Shown piece by piece: positions 1-12,200 of a stretch of 64,000 nt of DNA. Below the pieces are notes generated by a model, which saw only the letters and a list, made by a program, of their open reading frames with translations, was not told the origin of the DNA and made no database searches. The translations under genes and the position numbers were made by a program. This stretch comes from Ramazzottius varieornatus (taxonomy: Eukaryota > Animalia > Tardigrada): NCBI GenBank assembly GCA_001949185.1, contig BDGG01000002.1, positions 4,392,448 through 4,456,447 on the forward strand, given 5' to 3'. The number at the start of each line of letters is the position of its first letter. Within the stretch, counting starts at the first letter, position 1.

Positions 1-1366
1 ACACTCTGCCGCTTCATTACTCTAAGTAAACTCGTACGCGTGCTCTCCAGAAAGATGCATACAGTCCTACATGCTCGCTCGTGCACAAGAACATCCTCAT
101 TTGCAGGATATGAACATGGAGTTCCGGCTTATTGTTTATGCGTGCAACTGGATGAGTATTCCAGTTATAGAGGATGAAATTTCCTTCTTTCGGGTCGTCA
201 ACCTACGGGTCCTGTTTCCGTACGAGAACTACAAGCAGTTCTCACGCTCATCAACAATATGGAATCTCACCTCTCTTGCAAAGCTTCGGTCCGCACTGCT
301 TCGGTCATTTCTCAATCCATCGTTTTGGTCCATTTATCACGGTCTAAAACAAAACAACATTGTAGCATGGCCAGCCTACGCAGCAGAAGACAAACCTTCG
401 TATCAATGTCAAACTGATCCTCAATTAACAAAGTCTTTCAGTCTGATAAAGAACTAGAAAAATTATCGATACACCATTCTCATTGCACTATCAGTCCACC
501 ATAGTAAGGCAAGTGCTTACCTAATGACGACTGTTACTACATTCGAACATCGAAACCAACAATAGTAATGTATGAAAGCCAACGAATCACTGGATCAAAC
601 AGAGCGTTTATCTACATCATACGGTCTATACTAAGCATGTCCGTACATGACCAGAACTTGGACTCACCTTGATATCGCAAAACGGAGATATTCCCAAATC
701 TCAACGCAGGACACCGTCAGCTGGGAGCAAAAGATGATAAAGTGATGATCAGTATACATAAAGACAAAGATCCTGCGCACTTCCTGTCATAGGCAGAACT
801 AATCCAGAATCGTGAGTGACCCACCAGAAGACCGAAGTTCCACTAGATTCCACTAGACAGGCTGATGTAGCTTCGTCTTGCTGTAATGTGGGAAAGAAAG
901 GTTAGGAGCAGGATCTTCACGGAGTCTTGTTCTTCGACTTCCTAAACGACCTGAGTGTGTAATCAGCAACTTTGCTGTTCGACGATCGATTAAAGTGCGT
1001 GTACGAGCGCCCACGTGCCACTGGCTGGATCACACGGCCTTCGGCTGGTTGTGGGTCGGTTCGAATCCCTTCGACCCTCACCCGATCGAGCCGCTCGCTT
1101 TCGGTTACTCAATCATGGAAACGGTAGAATCAACTAACATTGGTGCTCGCAATCCGACATCTGCTTTTATCGCAAATCCGTTTTCGAATTCATCCCTTAA
1201 TCAACTTGCAAATTTTTTGTCTTAGTTTTTGTTGATTTGTTTTGAAACTTTCGTTCGCATTTTAAGTTTGTCACGGTGCGGGAGAAAGAGCAGGTGGACA
1301 CGGGAGTATCGAGTTGACTAGGGAGTACTACGAATGAGAGACACTGTCGTCGAGGGATGAATATCG

Positions 1367-3541
1367 ATGGAAGGAGGATATGGCTGGATTGTTGTGCTCG
1401 CCACCTTCGTCATTAACGCGATTGTTCAGGGACTGATTGCTTCGTCGGGGATACTGCTTAACGTCCTGCTGGACCAGTTCAAACATGACGGCAAAGCGAA
1501 GATTGGCTGGATACCGTCTCTCCTCGGCGGACTTCTGCTGGCAACTGGTAAGACGTTCGTTGCATAGTCCACTTATACGCATCTCTCCACCGGAAGTTGA
1601 CAGTGAATTCGTTAGAGTTGACTTCGCCTTTGTGTTTGCAGGACCGTTGTCCAGCTACCTCGTTGAGAGATACAGCTGCAGATTCGTAACGATGATTGGC
1701 GCTTTGGTCGCGGTGAGTAATTGCTGAGCAGGGGTTACGTGCATCCTTAGCCTGTAGTAATTACTCCCTTCCTCGTCTAGACATGTGGCTGTTTTATCAG
1801 TTACTTTGCGAAGAGTGTGACGCAGTTGATCCTGACTTACGGAATTATTACCGGTAAGTGTATCTGATAATGTGGGTGACGCGAAGCACGCTCCACGTCG
1901 TCCCCACAGCGACTTTCGGTGTCCTATCATGCCGGGAGCGACAGGTGGTTGCACTATTTCGTATAGTACCGTACGTTCTGTTGCAGGTTTCGGGTTTGGC
2001 CTCATGTATCTACCTCAGACCATCATTGTCGCTGAATGGTTCAGGGAGAAGCGCTCTACTGCGACCGGTGTGGGGCTGTCAGGCTCAGGATTCGGCGCTT
2101 TTGTTATACCTCCCATTTCACAGTAAGTAACCGGTTAGTCTGAGCTCTAAGTGCGACCAGGAGCATGGCCGGTGTCTTTTGCAGATATATTCTCCGTGAG
2201 TATGGATGGCACAGTTACTTCTTGGCCGCGGCGGTCGCCGTTTTATTCTGCGTGTTTTTCGGGCTGCTGCTCGTGGCGAACCCCGATCTGCAGGTGGAAA
2301 AGCGGTAAGACGTATTTCGGCTACTCTATCCAACGTTTCCGGCTGCACATTACTCGTATTCGCTGCTTCAGCCGTTATCCTCCTTTAGTAATCCGGCATC
2401 GTCCCGGCCGGTCCAGTTTATTTCATGGAGCTTACTGAAAGACACATCTTTCGTCATGTTTTGTGTCAGTACGGGCCTCTTTTCTGGGACTTACCGAGTG
2501 CCTTTCTCTTTCCTCCCCGACTACTCCGTGCGACAGCTCCAGACGTCCAAGTCTCAGGCAGCTTACCTCCTGTCCTATCTGGGGTTTGCGAGTTTCTTAG
2601 GACGCTTATTGGGCGGATTCGTCGGCGACAGCTTCCGACATCGGAGGTTCCTGATCATCCTGGTTTTCATTATGGTATCCGGTCTTTCGGTGGTTGGAAT
2701 GGGTCTTTCAGACAACTATATGGAGGTTAGTTCTCACAATTCAGTAAGATCGCTGTCTTGTTTACCATGGACTTCCGTTTGTTATAGTTGGCTTTATGTT
2801 CCTTTGGGTACGGAGCGGCATCAGGTACAACTTTCTTACGCGCAGTTATTGTTTACGCAATAACAAGCTCTGCATCGTAGGTGGCAGAGTGGCTTTGAAC
2901 GCGATCATATTGGCGGACCTTTTCGGACTTGCAGCCCTGAGTCAGACCTTCGGTCTAGTATGCCTGGTGCAAGGAGTATCTATCTTTTTTGGCACGCCGA
3001 TTGCAGGTTAGCGATAACATCCGTCGGGAACATGCATAACGTTCGATACGGTTCAGCAACCACAAGTCAAATATCAATAGATTTCCTTGTAAACACCAAA
3101 CACCTCTCTCTGCATAGTTTTATTACATCGTTTAGATATGTTTATACCAGAAAGTCGTGTAAGCCGAAGTTTCCTCGTTGCTTCGTAGTCTAGTTTGCAG
3201 GTTGGCTCGCGGACGTCTTTGGTGACTACCGCACCGCGTTCGTTCTCTTCGGTACCGGAATGATGGCTTGTGCATCGGTTTTGACTTTCATTCCGCTTGG
3301 TCGTCGAGCTACTATCAGTGGATACTCGGAACGAAAAGGTTGGGGAAGACTTCTGCGAATATTCACCTCTCGATTGGCCAACTCTGTTATTTTTCGCAGT
3401 GTCTTGGAGTATGAGGGTCTTCCCATTTCTGATTCTTCCTTTCCTGCTCCACAGTACAATCAAGCTAACCACAGCCAGCGAGACCGCGGCGGACAGCGCC
3501 ACCAAAGCGAAGCCGAATATCGTTTATATTTTGGCAGATGA
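1367..3541 (+). CDS. Monocarboxylate transporter (SLC16/MFS), multi-exon. The 3' end is ambiguous: stop at 3541 if unspliced, or in-frame splice into the arylsulfatase
   Basis: Starts MEGGYGWIVV (SLC16 TM1 signature). Exons read GPLSSYLVERYSCRFVTMIGALVA, LTYGIITGFGFGLMYLP..EWFREKRSTATGVGLSGSGFG, EYGWHSYFL, FGTPIAGWLADVFGDYRTAF and join in phase across GT-AG introns. Confidence 0.9.
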
Positions 3542-5748
3542 TATGGTACAGAACCTTGATTGAATTCTCTTCGTGAGCATAAAATGTTACTAACGATGGT
3601 TTTCTTGTTTGATTGTAGGGATGGAATGATGTCTCGTTCCATGGTTATAATGAAATCCCTACGCCGAACATCGATGCCCTGGCGAAGAAAGGGGTTATCA
3701 TGAACAGCTACTACGCCCAATACATGTGCACGCCTTCAAGGTTCGCCACTTGACCATCCTCTCCATCGCACCAAAGTAACAGGGTTTTTGTTTCAAGATC
3801 AGCTCTGTTGACAGGGAAATATCCGATTCGTAACGGTAAGTTATTGTTACTGTTGTGTCATGAGGGTTCCGAAAGATGGTAGTTTAACTTCGATTTTGCT
3901 GTGTAGGACTACAGCATTACGTTCTAAGGATGGCGGAACCTCGTGGGCTGGACCCGACACAAAAGATTTTACCACAGTATCTTCGCGAACAGGGTTATGC
4001 GACCCACATGATTGGAAAGGTGAGTAGCACTATTCGGCCGCAGCGTGCTCGTACTGTATGAGAACCCTCATCATTTTTTCCGTAGTGGCACGTGGGGTAT
4101 TACAAGCGGAGTATGACACCAAGTACGTAGTATCGTTGTTCAGTCATCGCCATCATGTGCGTTATGTCCAGTCTGTCCTGACAGCAAGTCGCGGGTTCGA
4201 TACCTTCTTTGGGTATTACGCTGGCTCATCAGACTACTACAACTACACAACCACGGCGGTAGGTGCAAGTACTCCGGGTGTCCCGCTCAACTGCGGAAGC
4301 GCTCTCTAATGGATCAAATGACTGATTTTGTTCAGGGAGTTCCACCGGAATACGTTGGTTTCGACCTCTGGGACAATCTGACTCCTGCACGGCAGTACAT
4401 TGGTCAGTACGCTACGGAAGTATATACAGAGAAAGCAGTGGATCGTATAGATAACCATAATTACGACAAGGTGGGCCGTTTGCTCAGAGCTACCGCTACG
4501 GTTGTGGGCAGGCCACCGTTTCATTCGTCCTTGAATGTGGTTGCAGCCGTTGTTTCTGTACTTGGCTCACTTTGCTCCTCACTGGGCGAACAAATACGAC
4601 TCTGTCCAGGCTCCGGAAAAGTATATCAAAAGGTTTCCCAATATCAAGAACGAGGGACGCCGGAAGTATGCAGGTTGGTTGCCCAGTGTGTTGTTAACCT
4701 ACGATGATACTTAGTTTTTATCCGTGACTTCAGCTACTATGGCTGCGTTGGACGATTCAGTCGGAGCAGTCGTGCAAGCTCTGCAGGCCAAGAACGTTCT
4801 TGATAACACTATCATTGTCTTCGCGTCGGACAATGGTGGCGCAGGCGCCGAGCAAGAATTGTTAATGGGCAAACCAGTCACCTTCGCGTCGAACTGGCCA
4901 CTGAAAGGCGCGAAGACTTCTCAGTCAGTTCGTCATCCCAATCATCGCTACAACATTTTTTTTCGAAACTTTGAGCTCAGCGGACTGTTTTAGGTGGGAA
5001 GGCGGAGTTCGAGTTCCTTGTGTGGTCTCAAGTCCTTTGCTGGAGAAGCAAGGATACATATCAAACGAACTGTATCACATCACAGACTGGCTCCCCACCT
5101 TCGTTCAACTGGCCGGTGGCAGTGTAACTGATTCTGAGGTAGACGGGAAAGACATATGGAAGTCGTTGTCGCAAGGTCTTCCGTCGCCCCGGAAGGAAGT
5201 GCTTATACAGGTAGAGGAGCCCGCATGCCAATTTTTAGATGGAAATATATACCTTCATCTGTACTTCTACAGGCGGATCCGGTATGGGACGAGTACGCGA
5301 TAAGATGGAACCAGTTCAAGCTGGTAGTGGGTTCGTACGCCCAGAATGGAAATCGGATTGACCAATGGTAACATAATTCCGTTTGTATAAAATCACAGAC
5401 TGTATCACAGACGGTTCTTTGGTGATTTCCAGGTATGAGCCGGAAGGTGGACTGGATGTGTCGCTGATCATCGACACGCCCGGTGCGTTAATCTGTGATC
5501 AGACAGCGGCTCTTGGAGAGAAGCAGCGAAGTCCTTGCGATGCAGCAATGTCTCCTTGTTTGTTCGATGTTGTAACAGACCCGTGCGAATTGAGAAATTT
5601 GGCCGAGGAACGGCCGGATATGGTGGGTTTTTTGTACGAGAAAATAAGAGAATTTAATAGAACAGCTCTTCCTTCTGACAATTTACCTCTTGATCCCCGT
5701 GCGAAAGCCGCCTTGAATGATTTTCTAATACAACCTTATTTGGATTAG
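3411..5748 (+). CDS. Arylsulfatase B/I/J-like sulfatase with N-terminal signal peptide, multi-exon
   Basis: [13 protein letters not shown] signal-like start, then [12 protein letters not shown]|[19 protein letters not shown], formylglycine motif CTPSR|[18 protein letters not shown]|[57 protein letters not shown]. Confidence 0.95.
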
Positions 5749-6219
5749 AATAAGCTGTAGTATTTGGATATTTTGAAAGATTATGTTTTCATGCCTTCTC
5801 ACATCATTCCAGAAACGTTTAGATTCTTGGTGTCTGCCTTTGACAGTAGTTGCGTCTTTGGTTGTCTGAGTCAAAGCACTGTATTTCCAGCAAATACGAG
5901 CTAATACCAGCTTTTCTACAGTATGAAAAATGAGATACTCTTCAAAGTCCCGATCAGTTGGTTCGGGCAATCAAGAAGTGTGTCGCTTGATATGCAGTCG
6001 ACTCATGCGTATTTTGACTGCCCGAACCGACTGATCGGGACTTTAAAGTACAGACTACAGAAAGCCGATAGCAAACAACTGAAACAAGTTCAAACCAAAC
6101 GAAGACAAAAACATTAAAGCAATAGCGCGCCACAGTAGGGACTAGAAGGATGGGGTAAAAATGTCATGTATAAACGATAAAATACGAAAAACCTGTCAGG
6201 AAAAATACAACATTTGGTT

Positions 6220-9200
6220 TCAGCTGTCGTCATCGTCATCCAAATTGTAATTACTTTCCTGTTGCTGCACGAATTGTAGCTGTTTGTTGTTTTCATTCAG
6301 TATGCTTTGAAGCTTGTTCAGGTCAAGACCCTTTAGCACCTGTCCTGGTGCGCCATTGCCGGGCATCAGTGCAAAAGTAACGTCACCGCCACCGAGGAAG
6401 TCCGTCAGCCTATCTCTGATGATGTCTTCCATCTCCTTCAACGTGCGCTTTTTTGGATCCACGTTCCCAAGAACCTCATCGAAAGTCTTTGCTTTGGACT
6501 TAGCCGAAGGTGCCAGACCATTCGCAGACCGCTCCCCGTTCACACTTCGACCTAAAGAGCAACCAATGTGAAATTTCCCATTAGAATATAAACATGAAAC
6601 GTCGGCAGCGACTTGAACATGATCGTGACCCAAAGTGGCGCACACACCCAATATCAATGAAAATGTGCCTTACTTGACATAGCGACATGTTCAGTTCACT
6701 TGCCGACGTCCGACACCCTAGAAATGAGTGGAGTATTAATTTACCGATGGCTCTTTCGAAGGTCTCCGCGAAACGCTTCTTCCAGTCGTCAATATCCACG
6801 TCCGGATCACTCAGTAGACTACTGGCAGCTCGCAGTTTCTCGTTATCTTTCTTCATTTGATCCAGCAGCAAGGCTTTCTGTTCGAGCTCGCCGTACTGGC
6901 TGACAATCTTCTCAACCTTGTGCAGCAGTTTCTGCTTGAACTCATCCCGAATATTCTTCTGTAATACAAAATACAACAACAACAAATTATTATTCAGCAT
7001 CCGATTACGTACTCACCTAGTTGCAAAGGGACCTACATTTTCGTCTTTCAATATTACCAAAGCCTTCTCGGCGAGCGACCTCGACCTGCTATACATCTGG
7101 CTTCGCAGCTTCGGGTCAACTTCGCCGTACTTGCCAGAAGATCTGACGCTACTCGTGACGAAGTCGCTTCGTGCCAGCTGTTTGACAACGTTCGTTTCGT
7201 CATCAGTCAATGTGTCAGGATAAGGACCCATGTCTTCCGTTCCATCCACCTCAATGTCTTCGTCGTCCAGAGTGAGAACGTTCTCAGGGTTTTTCCGAAT
7301 GAACTCTTCCAACATCATCCGGAAGTTGAACGGTTTCTCGAACATGGTTTTCATGAAAGTCCCTCCGAGCTCTTCTGTTGGCAAGAGCGGGAACTTGGGC
7401 TTGTTCTTCTCGTACTCCAGATAGCTGTAGAAGTCGATCTCGTTTGGATGATTTCGGAATCTTTCACCTCGTTCGTTTCCTGAACACAAAGACCAAAAAC
7501 AGAAATCAATCACAGGTAGCTCGGTTGATGGCGCACGATTGCATTGTCGCAGGCCGATACAGTGCTCCACATGGAAAAACGATCTGTGTAAAATCGTTCC
7601 ACAACCCCCCATACAATATTAGTAAAACTTTTTACTATTATCTTGTTAGAGGCAAAAGATATTACGTACCGAAATGACTTTTCTCTGCTCCTCGAATGGT
7701 GTTCACAACCTTCGTCATGCCAGCCGCCCATTGCACAACAGCGGCGAACTGTTCATCCAGAAGTTTCGTCGCCATTTCGTACTCTGCGTCCTTTCTGCCT
7801 TCTTTCGACCATCTGACGAGGTGTTGTAGAAGAAAGGACATTCTTCGAGCGTGTGGGTAGATCAGTTGACGGAAAGACTTTCCCATTTTCTTCTGCAAAA
7901 CATGGCTTTAACCCTTTCCCGGTTGTTCATTAGTATTTTATTGGGTCTTTCAGTATGACTTTGCCGTTTTCAGAGCTAGTTTCAAGAATTTTTCCCTACT
8001 CCGCTATTGAAATTTGGGACTTCTGACAGCATTCAACTTCAGTAGCGAACTTTCCTTTTCATAGAACACAGGTAAAACTCTCTCAACGATGAAAAAGACA
8101 GAGAAATGGGGCGGAAGAACTCTGACCAAGTTTTCATTTGCCACTCTTCCGCTATTTTATTTTCTTAGGAAGCATAACCTAATGAGAGAAATGCTCGATA
8201 CGTCGTGATTATAAACATCGGACTATCCGACCAACCCCAGAAAGCTTCTAGACTTGAATACCGAATTTCGGAAATCTCGGCCGAAACACCGACGCGGACA
8301 ACGCGCCACTTTAGTAGGGTAGTAAGCTTTAATTTGTATTCATCTTCCCCTATTTTCGAAAGCTCTCGGCAATGGTGCCCACAAATGGCGCAGACTGGGA
8401 AGTATTCGCAGTACAAGCCAAGTCTGGATCGGAGATCCCGAGAATTTGAACGACCACGTTTTCCCTCTGAAGGTCGGATCTTGCTTCCCACCTGGCTACT
8501 TCTACAACAGATTTTTTTCACCACAAATTTTAACGGGGCATTCGATAGTACTTAGCTGAAGACTGTCTTCGCAGTAGGTGGGAGGTATTTGGAAGTACGG
8601 CTTCAACAGGAAAATAACTTTACGCTGAGACCCGAACTTCGAAGAATTCCACCGTTTTGCACTGCTATTTTTGTAAACTCACAGTTCTGACGGAACTGGA
8701 TAGTCTGATGCAGGCGTACGGGATAAATGACAGAACTACAATGCTAAGAAAGAACTGAAGAGATATCTCGACCCGTTTCAGAGAAAAAAACAAATTTTGT
8801 AAGCTAGGCGTGGAAAAAACGACTGTATCATGCTGAAACCCCAATATAGGGTATTTTCATGCATTGTATCTTTCTTCACCTCAATTTGCCTATTTGCTTA
8901 CGGATAAAAACAGGTCGCTCGAATATAGCTTACCTGACCATCCACGAGGTCTTTTATAGCACCCTGTATCAGCATCGAAGCATAATAAAAACCGGGCAGA
9001 CGTTGGTCAACGGACATTCGAGCCGCTTCCTCGGGAGTAGCGAAGCGATAGCTCTCAATCTGGGCCTTCATGATGTCCAAGACGACTTCCTTCTCGTCAG
9101 GGTAGAACTCGTTCATGTGAGGAACCCAGACATCAAAGACGCCGTAGGGGTAAGACTGGTAACTGCTGTCGTCGTCGTCTTCCGGTCGCCACCACGGATC

Positions 9201-12200
9201 ACTCGATCTGAAACCATAACTCAGTCTTACCCTAATCGAGTTCCCAGTCTTGATAAACATACTTCATGTCACCGGAGTCTTCGGTGACACCCACAGCAGA
9301 CTCCGAAGCTCCATGTGAAGTCGATAGGGCTTTCAACATCTTCAATTTCCATTCGCACATCCACAACACGATCTCCGCAAATTCTTTGCGAATATTTTTA
9401 TCACCGAGCTGTAAAAACAGGCAAAATGAAAAGAGTGTTTTTCGTTTCGGTTTTGAAACCAGGACTGTTCGAGTAACCTACTCGTTTCCGCTGTTCCAGG
9501 CTATAGCGCGTGATAGCCCACGCTTCTTTCGCTTCGTTCATCAGCTGCTGCTGTCCTTCCGACTTGCCATCATCAGCACCAAAACAGGCGTCCGTAGCCT
9601 GTTCGGCTTCTTTCAGCATATCATAGATGAGCTCTTCTGTCGAGCTGAAAGGTGTCATTCGGCGCAGTCTCTCTACTTTACTGGAAATCCCGACATTCTC
9701 AGAAAAGTCTGTTTCCTTGTTAGCGACCTTTGAGGTAGCTTCAGACTTCCCAACAGGTCCATTGGACCCCGGGGCAGTCTTTGACGGCTTGCCGCTAGCT
9801 TTTGCTGTAGGACCGATGCTAGCTTTTTCCGCATCATCGTTGAGCTCTGCGGTTCGCCATACAAGGTCGGAATAGTGTTTAACGTTATGCTCCATCTTTG
9901 CTTGAACATCCTTCCTGAATTCTTTGGTGATGCTGCGCTGTGTCACAAAAACAGGCAACTTCCATAACATCCAAGTAAGCAAAAAAACTCCATTTGAAGA
10001 GCTGCTCTTACCTTATCATCCGTGAGAGCTGCCAACCCTAGTTCAGCCAGCAGCTTCAGTTTACCGAAGACCGGTCCCAGACCCTGAACTCTCTTCACTG
10101 TGAACCTGGTCTCGGCAAACTTCCTAGCGGAAAGAATCAGCGCATAGTACGATCTAGCGACCAGCATCTCGTCTTCCGTCAGCCCATCCATCTCGCTGCT
10201 GTCACCCTCATCCAGCGCATCATTCACGACGATACCTGTTTCCTTTATCACGTCCTCCAGTACCTTCTCCAAAGTCATGGACTGCTCTGAGTCAGCCGGT
10301 GGTTCTCGTGTAGACTCCGCTGCTCGCTTAGGCTCAGCTTCTTTCTTGAACTCACCTTCTCGTTTATCGTTTTCTTCAGCCCACTTCCTGAGTGTCTCTT
10401 TACCCTTAACTCCTCCAAAGATCTCAAGCTTGGCCCGTTCCTCGGGGTTATCGAGGTACTTATCCGCCAGTTTCTCCAGTCTTGCATCTTCCGCAGCCTC
10501 AACGGCCGTAGCTGGTGGATCCGGAGCGTTAACCGTGTCTTTCCGTCCGTCTTTTTCAGCCTGTATAGCTCTCCTTTCGAGCTTGGCGAACTGGTTACGG
10601 TACCGTATCAGCGTACCATCCATTCCGTCCGTAAAATATTTTCTGAACTTTCTCTGTAACGTAAAATAAATTTAATGCTGACCAAGACAAACTGGGACGT
10701 TGGCAGATGCACTGAGCCAGATCACTTTCCCAAATGGCGCACATATCCAGCCATTATCAATTGAAATGTGTGCCACAAAATAATGATTTGGTTCAGTTCA
10801 TTTGCCGGCGTTCCAATGACCAGAAAAACACTTTTGGACGATGGGAACGAAACTAGTGTCACCTTGTCATCGTGCACGAATGCCACTGTTCTGTCCCCCA
10901 ACAGCCGTAACTTGCCAAAGACCCGCGCTTGAAAAGCTGGGCTTTTTGTCTTGTACTCTTCCTCAAGGTCTCTGTACCAGAACGCATGGTGCAAACTCCA
11001 AAACGCTTCGCTAAGCAGCACCTCATCTTTACCAAACATTTCTCGGTGGCCGGCAAAGTCTTCGGGATCTAGGACGATCTCCACCTCGGCCAGAACCGAG
11101 AGGAGGAATTCTTTGGTAAGATCGGGTGACTCTTCCGCTCGTTTGTCTTCTGACGCTTCTGCCTCGGATTCTTGTTTCTGCGCCCCAATTTTTCCTCCGT
11201 CCGCACCTTCGCCATACGAGGTCTTGAGGTTGACTTGTTCCTCGTTACTATCGTCGGTGTTTAGTTGTCGCATCGCCTTCTTCGCTCGCGCGTCCAACTT
11301 TGCCGCTTTTTTCTCCAGTTCGCCATACCGATCAGCAATGTTTTCCATCTTGCTCACCATATCTTTCCTGAATGTATCTCGGAGGTTTCGCTGCAAAGAA
11401 ACAAGGGTTATAAAGTAAGCAATCATTCTGGGTGATGAAAAGTTCTTTTTTAGTTGTTTACTTCGCAGCCCGGCTTACAAACTCGACCAGATCGTTTTCC
11501 CAAGTGGCGCGTGCTTCCAGCTACTATCACTTACCGAGAGCGGGCGCCACCTGAGAAACGACCTTATCAAATTTTTGGCTGAGCTTCAACGGTAAACCGT
11601 ATTATCATTTTTATATGAAGACCCGTTTATGTTCTGTTTTTATCCATACGAGGGAAAGGTTGTTAAGTTAGCCGCCCCATACCGGGTTTGTAAAGTTAGC
11701 CGTCTAAGTTCGCCTGTTTTCTACTGCTCAATCCCAAACTTTTAAGGATAGATCGATAGATGAAATAATGAGCTGTCGAATGGTATTAGGCACAGTCAAC
11801 ACGAGGAGTCAGAGAATCCAAGAGATCCGCAATTAAAAGAACGTTGAAATCTCATGTTAAAAAGCCAAGACTGACAATCAAATAGTCAATCAAGCGATAG
11901 ACGCTAGAGCCGTGGCTAACTTTACAAACTTGGTATAGGGTGGCTAAGTTTACAACCTTTACCTCGTAGTATTACTACTTGTTACTTCTTCTGGTTTCTG
12001 TTGTGACTTTTATTGCTAACGATCCACTCACACGTTCGTCTTTCAGGAATTTCACGGCATTTTCGGCGAACTGTTGTCTCCGTCCAAACACCTGACTTTG
12101 TTCTTCCAGGTTATCGATATCCCATTCGGTTTCACTGTCTTTCTGGGAAGCCTTGGACAACTTGGTAAACGCTTTGACAATCATCTTCTCGTCATCAGAC

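Noticed and set aside
660-790. Possible minus-strand first exon ending in a GTGAGT donor near 668
   Set aside because: Short, no recognisable protein, and no downstream exons could be supported within the window.
1040-1085. GGTTCGAATCC resembling a tRNA T-loop/B-box
   Set aside because: Flanks do not form a T-stem, acceptor stem or cloverleaf.
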